The notes below the pieces were generated by a model. The model made no database searches. It had not been told where the DNA came from and saw only the letters and a list, made by a program, of their open reading frames with translations. Of a DNA stretch of 44,661 bases, positions 1 through 9,610 are shown one piece after another. The DNA comes from Klebsormidium nitens (taxonomy: Eukaryota; Plantae; Klebsormidiophyceae). The stretch spans positions 1-44,661 of the forward strand of contig DF237640.1 in the NCBI GenBank assembly GCA_000708835.1, in the 5' to 3' direction. Numbering within the stretch: the stretch's first letter is position 1; each line of letters begins with the position of its first letter. A program made the translations under genes and the position numbers.

Positions 1-545
1 ACTGACGAATGTCAGGACCACTCTCCTTGTTCTCGAACTTCGAGGGAGCAGCAGCCCTTGCCACAACATTGGCATTCGCCGCTGCAATCTGGTTCTGAGC
101 TTGATACAACGCGTTGTCCAAACGATTAATGCAATCAGCATTACGTTCATCGCGATGTCTCAGACAAGCCAGACTAACTGGGTCATTCCCGGCCTGGAGA
201 GCCAACGTCTCAGCCGCTGCCTTAGTAGCATCATCAGGCAGGGCATTCCAGTAAACCTCAAACACCGCAGCCGTATAGGTTGCGAAGTTAGGACCAGCCG
301 GCAGGGCAGCCATAGTGACTCCTGACCCAGCGGAATCAGCAGACTGAGCCCTAACAATTCTCCTTATAGGAGTAACAGAGACCTTCTGAGAGCTACTTCC
401 CACAACCTGACTATAAGAAGGGGCAAGTGAAACACTCTCAGATGGCCGCGACAGGAACACTCTCCCAATCCTCAGAAACAGCAGACTTGCTTTCCTGATC
501 CCCAGAAACCTGCTCCTTCTCCTTGCTTGCAGGAGTGAACGCCGG
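1..545 (-). pseudogene. Retrotransposon gag fragment, second copy, frameshifted
   Basis: 142-545 duplicates 962-1365 with about 15 substitutions and a 1-nt indel near 445 (manual count). It continues off the window edge as MAALPAAGPNF...ARAAAPSKFENKESGPDIRQ, a gag-like P-x-K-F start. Confidence 0.7.
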
Positions 546-961
546 NNNNNNNNNNNNNNNNNNNNNNNNNNNNNNNNNNNNNNNNNNNNNNNNNNNNNNN
601 NNNNNNNNNNNNNNNNNNNNNNNNNNNNNNNNNNNNNNNNNNNNNNNNNNNNNNNNNNNNNNNNNNNNNNNNNNNNNNNNNNNNNNNNNNNNNNNNNNNN
701 NNNNNNNNNNNNNNNNNNNNNNNNNNNNNNNNNNNNNNNNNNNNNNNNNNNNNNNNNNNNNNNNNNNNNNNNNNNNNNNNNNNNNNNNNNNNNNNNNNNN
801 NNNNNNNNNNNNNNNNNNNNNNNNNNNNNNNNNNNNNNNNNNNNNNNNNNNNNNNNNNNNNNNNNNNNNNNNNNNNNNNNNNNNNNNNNNNNNNNNNNNN
901 NNNNNNNNNNNNNNNNNNNNNNNNNNNNNNNNNNNNNNNNNNNNNNNNNNNNNNNNNNNNN

Positions 962-1509
962 TTACGTTCTTCGCGATGTCTCAGACAAGCCAGACTAACT
1001 GGGTCATTCCCGGCCTGGAGAGCCAACGTCTCAGCCGCTGCCGTAGTAGCATCATCAGGCAGGGCATTCCAGTAAACCTCAAACACTGCAGCCGTACAGG
1101 TTGCGAAGTTAGGAACAGCCGGCAGGGCAGCCATAGTGACTCCTGACTCAGCGGAATCAGCAGACTGAGCCCTAACAGTTCTCCTTACAGGAGTAACAAA
1201 GACCTTCTGAGAGCTACTTCCCACAACCTGACTATAAGAAGGGGCAAGTGAAACACTCTCAGATGGCAAGACAGAAACACTCTCCCAATCCTCAGAAACA
1301 ACAGACTTGCTTTCCTGATCCCCAGAAACCTGCTCTTTCTCCTTGCTTGCAGGAGTGAACGCCGGTGCCTCCGGGCTAAGAGAACTTGTACTTGTGGAAG
1401 GCTTCGCAACCTCCCCTTCAGAGCTTTTCTTCAACCTCAACTCCGAGATAGAAAAACACAGATCCGTTATTCTGTCGAGGTATGACGAAAGGCGCTCGTC
1501 GTCCGACAT
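962..1509 (-). CDS. gag: Gag-like ORF of an LTR retrotransposon, truncated by an assembly gap
   Basis: ATG at 1509 lies about 40 nt downstream of a PBS; the ORF (MSDDERLSSYLDRITDL...) is open to the gap. The call rests on position after LTR/PBS, not on a domain search. Confidence 0.7.
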
Positions 1510-1549
1510 GGACCCACTTCCACTCTCTGCGAAGAGACGGAACTCTACC

Positions 1550-1560
1550 CTCTGATACCA
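1550..1560 (-). promoter_or_regulatory. Primer-binding site for tRNA-iMet
   Basis: Minus strand reads TGGTATCAGAG, 1 nt after the LTR-terminal CA; this is the canonical Met-i PBS. Confidence 0.9.
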
Positions 1561-1561
1561 C

Positions 1562-2299
1562 TGTGACGGTTGGCCAGCTTAAGCGAAGCGCTGGCGGGAT
1601 AACTAAACACACATACGGCAGCCCGGCATGTGCGGAAACCATGGTTGCAGGCATTCTCGGATGGAGGCGCTTGCTCTGTAAAAAATGCTGTCTTTCTGCT
1701 CAAGACAGTTCTGCTTGCTGGTTGGGAATTCGCACTTCGAATGATCCTCGCAAGGTTTCGTGTCTTGCTCCACTGCGTGTTCAGCCAAGTCTTGAATCGT
1801 GGAGAGGCGGCGCTTCGAGGAGTGCCCGCAGGCATCTCGTAGCCGCGTCGATCCAGTCATGTCCNNNNNNNNNNNNNNNNNNNNNNNNNNNNNNNNNNNN
1901 NNNNNNNNNNNNNNNNNNNNNNNNNNNNNNNNNNNNNNNNNNNNNNNNNNNNNNNNNNNNNNNNNNNNNNNNNNNNNNNNNNNNNNNNNNNNNNNNNNNN
2001 NNNNNNNNNNNNNNNNNNNNNNNNNNNNNNNNNNNNNNNNNNNNNNNNNNNNNNNNNNNNNNNNNNNNNNNNNNNNNNNNNNNNNNNNNNNNNNNNNNNN
2101 NNNNNNNNNNNNNCACGTCAATGACTCAGCATACCTATCTTGCATTCTACGAACTATTCGGTGGCGTAATTAATCAGCTAGCATTAACTACGTCACATCA
2201 ATATTGTGCTCATACGTCGCAACCTGACGTAATCGCTTAACTCAGGGGTTATTTTTGTAACGACGTGCGGTTAGGCTTAACCAAAGCCCGTTCGTTACA
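1562..2299 (-). mobile_element. 5' LTR of an LTR retrotransposon (probably Ty3/gypsy, chromovirus-like)
   Basis: TG...CA ends with an imperfect 7-bp terminal inverted repeat (tgtgacg / cgttaca), adjacent to the PBS. Contains gap 1865-2113, so the true length is uncertain. Confidence 0.8.
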
Positions 2300-2520
2300 C
2301 CGTTGTATGGGAGTCAAGAGTCGGTAGATTTGCAAAGAGTCGTACGGCGCAGTCATCAAGCTTCAACCGAGCACCGAGGTTCGAGTAACGAGCATAGTAC
2401 ATTTTGAACCGTCGATACTATGCCAAGGTGTGCCATCGGCGGTCAGTTTACTGACGGATTGTGACCGACGGCAGCCGACTCAGCGTCCGGCGTTCCGGGA
2501 CACGGAACGCCCACTTTAAA

Positions 2521-2720
2521 GGGAAGTGGATTGTCGACTCGGGCAGCACCAAGCTAGCATCATGGCATGTCATAGTAGTTTGGGCCGACCCAACTTCACA
2601 AGATGTAGAGGGCTGTGCTTAACAAATGAATCATGGGGATTTGTCATTGAGTGAGTCTCCGATTGCAGTGGTGATTGGTAGAGGCGACATTTTGTGCGGC
2701 GTGAGTCTAGTAAGCTCAAA
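2521..2720 (+). pseudogene. Possible degenerate Ty1/copia protease remnant
   Basis: Reads KWIVDSGST followed, after a stop, by IAVVIGRGDI, resembling the copia W-x-x-DSG and V-x-G-x-G motifs. I saw no integrase or RT motifs. Confidence 0.3.
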
Positions 2721-4952
2721 GGAGGTCCGGCACGCTCAAAGGGCACAGGCGGGTTTTTCTGCTTTGACGAGAGCAACCGACATGAGAGCACGAGCAGTGT
2801 ATGCGTGAGAATTGCGCAAATTTAAAAGGACGGCTTGATTCGTACGAAGGCAGTAGATCGTGGGATACTGTAAGACTTAAGACCTTAGGGAGGGAGAAAG
2901 CGTTTCTTGCGTAGGTCCAGTCAAGGAGGGCTGCGTGAGCGCCACGGAAAAGACGCCAGTATTTAACAGCAGAAAACTTGGTAAAGAAGACGATGAAGGT
3001 CGTGAAGATTGACCTAGATGACAGGAATCAGAAGGGGATCTTCTTTCGGACAAAGGAGGACCCACGCACACGTTCAAAAGTGGTAGAAAACGGGGCAATT
3101 GTTGAGCTGAAGCGCAACAGAGACGCGCCTCTCCGCACAACTGGAAATATCAATTGTTGTTCTTCATACGTTAGCTTAACAAGTGCACTGTCTTTCTTCG
3201 ATGCTTGCTGTACCGGATTATTCTTACTCGACCCGCCGCTATCAACATCCTGAATATTTGCGAGGCTAGCAAGCATTTATTGGTCCCGCGCGATCAATGA
3301 TCGAGCGACTTTAGCAAGCTCTGGAGAATTCGAGTGTTTCATCAAGGTTGGTTGCTTGTTGAGGTGCATTCGATAGAAACGAGTTGTAGCGTTGGTAGGG
3401 TATATTGAGAACAGTTTGTAAAAGAAGCTGCGCATATAGTATGCTTACATGAAACTTCAAGCAAAGCTTGCCAGGGAGACACACTAAAACACTCGCATGT
3501 ATGTATACACCATCTATTAAGCCTATGATGGCTACAGCGCGTGGCTACAGTGGCTACGAAACATGACAAGTGTGTTACCGTACGGCCAAGTACGTGGTAC
3601 AGTAGTATGTCACCATATCAAACGTACGTGCATCACGTACTATAAAGTACATACCCCGTCTCAGTTTTTCAAGCATGCAATTAGTCATGATGATCTTCGC
3701 AACCGTTGAACATGATATGAAAGCTTCTGCTCATGCACTAGTCGGACGTGTCGCCCGTTGTGTGATTTCGATCTTGCGATTGTATTCCAGTGGAATGAGT
3801 GATGAATACATGTGAAATTTTGCTCCACATCAAGGGCGTGAAAGGTCTGAACCTAAATGATGCCAATGATTATGATTTCTCATGGTATATTGTAATCATC
3901 ATGCCCTTCATTCGAGAGCGCGCTATTTCATATTGAAGCATGGAAGACGGAATTCAAGTGTTTTCGACTTGTTCTTCGGACAGAATCATTCTTGCTATAT
4001 TTAGTGGGGACCGCAAGTGGTGAGAATGCTTTGGGCTCTGCCACTCGTATTGCATGCCGACGCAAAGTACGATGTACTGCCTACAAAACATGGCTGCTAT
4101 CGATCGAAGCTGATTGTCGAGGATTCATGGACGATCAACAATTGACATAATGTAGTCCGTACATACATAATCGATCGAAGCTTTCATGACCAAGATGGGG
4201 CGTACGTGGAGCACATGTGCAGTCATTAAAAATAAGGTCCGCTTGCCGCATCCGTTTTCAATTGGCTGCCCGCTCACTGCAGGCGCTGCCGCAAGTAACA
4301 TCTACGATTGGATATTCAATAGCACATGGCCCGCTTAAAGCACCTCACATCAATTCATACATTAACTTGGATGCATGTAATGTAATGCAAGTTATTCATC
4401 CTTTGTGTTCTAACGTCAGCAACTCCTTTTGGACGCCAAACATGACGTCGGAATGGCTGACTCCTGACTTCGTTAGCTGGCATGAAACATCGCTCGTAAT
4501 GCAATCAGGGGTGAGCGTGCATTTTGTGCGGCTTTCTGTGCTAACTACCGGGAGGTGCCCCAGTGTTGCTGCTGCTCGAGGCTGTCCGTTTGCCCAAGGC
4601 CGCTATGGACAATGATAGACAGAAGCGCCAGCAGCTACTGTACTAGTTCCCAGCTTCGAGAATGTGGTGAGAGCTCTACTCATCATCTACACACCAAGGA
4701 TCGCACCTTGTCCTTATGGCTCCCCGAGTCAATCAGGTGTTGCCATGCACTCGGCCATCCGCCGTCGATCTTCTCCCCAGCCACAAGTTCGGCTGCTGCC
4801 GCTGTGCGCCCCTGCCTCGCATCTTCCCGTGAGCCCTCTGCCCCACCCGGCCTGGCGCACATTACCCACCCTGGGTGCACGCACGCCACGCCTGCTCCGC
4901 TGCCTGTTCCCCCCCTCTGCTCGTCCCGCCGCTGCGGCCCCGCGCGGTGAAG

Positions 4953-7900
4953 TCACAGGTTGCTGGCCTTGAAGACGTTGAAGCCGTCGGCGGCGGTGCT
5001 GACGAGGAGCCCCGGGACTTGCGGGTGCCAGTGCAGCTCCTTCAGGTCGTGCTGCCCCTGCGCACACACACCGCATCGCACGCGCCACGTCAGCACTGCC
5101 CCGCAGAGGCGGCTGCTGCTCCCCGCAACCCAACACGCCCACCCGGGGGGCGGCCTGCCCGGGGAGCGCGCACGGCGGCGGAAGGGATGCTGCGCTGCCC
5201 GCATGGTGGGACATGCACAGCGGGAGAAGAACGCGAACACGGCGGCGCTGCCGGCCGCAAGCTCTGGGATGCAAAGCTGGAGCCTGCGCGGACTCTGATT
5301 GGGCAAGGAACAGTGCAGACAACCTGGCGGCTGGTCATTGCTATTGAGATATAAGACGGCCGCTTGCGAGGCCTGGTAGGATAAGCTCGCAAGGGTAGGT
5401 GGAGCAGGATCCCCATATCTTTGAAGTACACCAGAGCAAGGCCTTTGTCAACCGCCGCCCCTGTTTCGACGGAGAAGCAGACCTCCGCACCACACATCCG
5501 CTGGCCTAAGTCGACCGTGGGCGCTCAGGCAGCCTCAAGAACGGCGACAGAAGCGGCAGGAAGCACCGGCAGACCGGCGGCTCTGTCGCGCCGCGGCGCT
5601 GACCTGGTGCACGAAGAGCAGCTGCGCGGGCAGGTCGGGCGGCGCCTCCGCCTGCGGCTGCGCCTGCGCGGCCGCCCAGTGCCGCTCCTCCTCCGCGTCC
5701 GCCTCCAGCGACAGGTCCCACAGCCTGCACCGCACCGCCGCCACGGGCAGCCTCAGGCCAGCAGCGCAGAGGAACGTCATGACAAGCAGCGCAGAGCAAC
5801 GTCGTGACAAGCAGCGCAGAGCAACGTCGTGACAAGCAGCGCAGCACGAGGGGCACGGGAGTCAACAACCGAGGCCACAGCAAACGGCAAGAAGGGGCGG
5901 CGCTGACGTGAGCTGGTTGTCGGCGGCGGCGACGGCGAGGGCGGAGCTGTCGTGGGCGCTCCACTCGAGGGACGTGATGGGCGCGCCGTGGTACTTAAAG
6001 TGCGCCACGAATGCGTCCTCCTGCACGCGCACCGCACGGCAGGTCAAAGGGTGCACGTGTCACCAGGCACGACTGACTCCAGGCAGGACAGCGCTTGGGC
6101 CCGGTTTCTTCAAGGCACAGACGAGATGTGCGATTTTCCCATCCACCCGGCCGGAGGCAGCAGAGAGGGCACACTCCCCGCCCCGCCCGTCTCTCCTGCC
6201 GTCCGCACAGCACTCGGGGCAGCACTCGTCCCGAGAGGCCCGCCTGCTGACCTGGAAGGCGCGCAGGTCCCAGATGCGGAACGTGCCGTCGTCGGCGCCT
6301 GAGGCGAGCATGCACGACGCCAGGCGGTTCCACGACAGCACGTTGACGTCGGCGGCATGCGCCGGCACGCTCAGCGCGGGGCGGTCTGGCTGGCGGGTGT
6401 CCCACACGGCAATGCGCTTGTCGCAGCTGGCGCTGGCAAACACGCCGGCCTCGCCCGGCGACCACTGCAGGTCCTCCACGCTGCTCGAGTGGCCGCGGAA
6501 AGGCGCACCGCCCACAGCCCAGCCTCCGCCCTCGCGCGGCTCCCACACGTGGATCTGGCCAGCGCAGTCACCTGCACGCACGCGGGCGGAGACGAGCAAG
6601 GTCAGAGGGTCTGGTGCAAAGAGGGAGGGCGGCCTTGTGCGCCAGCGGGGTTGCAAAAGGGCGTCATCGAAGCTTCAGTGACGGTCGGGTGCGGATGCGC
6701 CATAAGCAGGAACGTTAGTGGGCACGCCAGGACACTCTCACAGCAGAGTGGGCGACGTGCCTGGCACGAGGTCGGCGCTCAGCCGTCTGACTGACTCCTG
6801 GGCAACGACTTGCAACCGGCGGGACAGCACACTCGTGCAAGCGACACGAAGTGGGATTGCTGACAGCAACAAGGGAGAAGGTGGAAGTAGTCGCAGGGTT
6901 GAGACGCCCAAGAGAGAGGACCTGCAGATGCGATAGGTGAGAAGTTGGGTGGGCGGTGCATGCCAGAGCCGCGGTCGCCGCCGAGCGGGCTGTCCCGCGG
7001 CAGGGCCCGTGGGGAGCCAGGGGCAGCGCTCACCTGTGGCGAGCCGTGCGGGCGTGACGGGGCTCCAGTCCATTGCAAAGCCCTCGGTGGCGTGGCCGCT
7101 GAAGACGTGAAGCGGGGCCTGGCGCACCACGGGGCTGGCCGCAGTGGCGGCGGTGGCGGGCAGGGCAGCCAGCTCGCGCAGCTGCGGGGACACGTCCCAC
7201 ACCTGCACGCAGCGCCACAGCAAACAGCATGCGCTCAGGCAGCCAGGGCAACTGGGGAGGGGGGCAGCGAGAGGGGCCAGGGGCAGGCGGGCAGGCAGGC
7301 AGCAGGGGCAGCTGCGGCACAACGGCGAGGGGGGATAGGGGGACGAAGGGGGGGCACCTGCACGTGGCCGGTCTCGCCCCAGGTGGCGGCGATGTGCGGC
7401 TGCTGCGGCATGGCGCGCACGCGGTTGACGCCGCCGTGGTGGGCCACCATGCGCACCTGCAGCAGTGAGAGAGTGGAGCAGGCGGAGGGGAGGGGCAGCC
7501 AAGGGGGGTGCAGAGACACGGGTGCCCCAGGACGAGCCAGCGTGCGGCCGTATGAAGGTGGGAAGGCCAGCCAAGTCAGTGTCCCTTACTTGTCACAACG
7601 CTCACTCAATGCTATTAGTACCGTTCAGGAGTCAACACTTGCTAACGGAGTAATCGAACCCAAAGGCACATTGACACACCAGCAGTACTTGGCCAGACGT
7701 TCTCTGTACGCCCAGGCACATTGCAAATCGAACTTGCAGGGGGCCCACCAAGCAACATGCAACGCAGCCTTTCAACAGCAGATCAAAGACGTGCTTGAGT
7801 CACGGAGACGTTCTCCAGTGATCCGCGAGGGGCTCCCCCCTGCCTTCTTGCCCGCATTCCCCACCTGCAGCACAGGCGCCGCTGCCCCCCCCGCCTCCTC

Positions 7901-8989
7901 CTCGTCGCTGCTGCTCCCCTCGTCCTCGTCGTCCTCATCGTCCCCGCCCCGCGGCCGCCGCATGCGCGTCAGGTTGCCCAGCTTCATCACCGCCAGGCTG
8001 TTGCCGCCTGCGCTGCCCGCCTGCACACACGCCCCACCCGTCTCACACCCCATGCCCCACCGGGACACCACCGGCTGCCCAAGACACTGCCAGCAATGCC
8101 TGGCCGGGTGCAGATTGTGCAGGAGCCATGCAGCCCCAGAGTGAGCAGAGCCCGCGGGCGGCCGTGGCGCTTACCTGAGTGCCCGCCACTCCGTAGAGGG
8201 TGTGGGGGAAGGCACTCCGCTGCTCCCCCAGCGAGTCGCGCACCACGTCAAAGCTGCACAAAGCACCGCGGCGCCCCGTCAGCTTGCTGCGCTGCCGCCA
8301 GCAGCGGCGCCCACCGCAGCCCCAGCAGTGCAGCCAGGGCAGGAAAAGAGGCAGGGGGCACTCCTGAGCAGCTGCGGAAAACTCAGTGATAGGGCGGGCC
8401 GGCTGAGAGGGCCGCACCTGAGGCAGGGCCACTCGAGGGCGAGCGCGTGCAGGCAGTCGTACGCAGTGGGGTCGAACTGGAGCTCCTCATCGCCCGCCAT
8501 GTCGTCCACCCCCGCGCGCCACACCTGCACCCGCACACCCAGTCACCCCACCGTGCGCACCACCCCCACCATCGCATAGCGCACGCAGCGGCAGGCAGGC
8601 AGGCAAGGGCGCGCCACAGCCCAGAGGGCCACAACGGCGCAGCCTCACCTTGGGGCGCTCCGCCGGGGCCGCCCCCGAGGGAGCTGCCCCTCCCTCCATG
8701 TCAACATCTCCCGCTGCTGCTGCCCCGCTGCTGCTGGCGCCGCCGTCGCCAGGCGCGGCCTGCACAGAAGAGAATCCTCACAACGACGCACACCCAAGAG
8801 CGCAGGGGCCAGAGGCATGCAGGCGGAGCGGCACACGCATGCGGTGGCAAGCCATGCACGGGCACCATTACCAATGCAACACCGGGGGCGGCGCAGGAGC
8901 AGACCAGCGACCAGCGGCGTCTGCCGTCAGCTGGCCAGCCAGTGGCTCACCCGCTTCTTCTTGCCTTTCTTCTGTGGATTGCGCGGCAT
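4953..8989 (-). CDS. GRWD1: Glutamate-rich WD40 ribosome-biogenesis protein (GRWD1/RRB1), about 472 aa, 11 exons
   Basis: Exons 8951-8989, 8649-8759, 8418-8524, 8175-8253, 7865-8020, 7358-7456, 7034-7202, 6252-6571, 5908-6020, 5604-5724 and 4953-5057 join in frame with GT-AG introns. Motifs: [18 protein letters not shown], acidic tract, [36 protein letters not shown]. Confidence 0.95.
5761..5844. repeat. Intronic minisatellite, 25 bp x about 3.4
   Basis: Unit gcagcgcagagcaacgtcgtgacaa at 5761, 5786 and 5811, plus a partial copy; the first copy has 2 mismatches. Confidence 0.95.
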
Positions 8990-9610
8990 TGCTGCCCCCG
9001 CAAACAGAGCCCACGTAGAGGTACGACTGGGAGCAGGAGCTGCTCTGCAACGCCAGGACCGCCACCCCACAGCCGCGATCACTGATCAGGACCTACCTAG
9101 CTAGGATGCAATGGCAGTACGGTAATTTGATACGCACCCACCATGATGGGTACGGGCTTATGAGAAGAGAACATACGCACCCACCACCACCACCACAGCC
9201 TCAGGTGCCAATGCCAGTTGGTGTACAATGTACATTTGTGGAGGCCCTTCCAAGTTTCCGGACGGGTTTGAAGATTACCGTAGGAGACTGCGCCTTTGAC
9301 ACTGCCTGGTCAATGCAACTGAATCGTGACCGAGCGGGAAAGTAGTGCCAGTGCCGCAAGTGACCATCGCGGCGTTTCCTTTATGCATGCCGGTTTTAAG
9401 TGACTTGTTGCAGTTGACCCAGAACTGAACACTGAGCTCAACTCTCTCACTGTCAGCATTGCGCCGCATGCGTTTCGCCTTTCTGGTCTTCCGCATGCTG
9501 GCCGGTGCCTCTCTCGGTGCAGCGCAGCGCTAGCCTGCCCTGGTCGCGTGGGCATTTGGTTGTGACGGCTGAGGGCATGGGGTCGGTAGCCGCTGCGCTG
9601 CAGTGAGGCC
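8990..9610. promoter_or_regulatory. Probable bidirectional promoter, GRWD1 / Kir-like
   Basis: About 620 bp between divergent ATGs; contains ACCTACCTAG (9091), GTACGGT (9117) and five GTAC within 9080-9235. Confidence 0.6.

Noticed and set aside
1550-1560. tRNA-Met gene
   Set aside because: Only the 11-nt PBS complement is present; there is no cloverleaf.
3822-3860. USE-like ctccacatc suggesting an snRNA gene
   Set aside because: Imperfect match, no properly spaced TATA and no snRNA-like sequence downstream.
5761-5844. CRISPR-like array
   Set aside because: The units are head-to-tail with no spacers, lie in a eukaryotic intron, and no cas genes are present.
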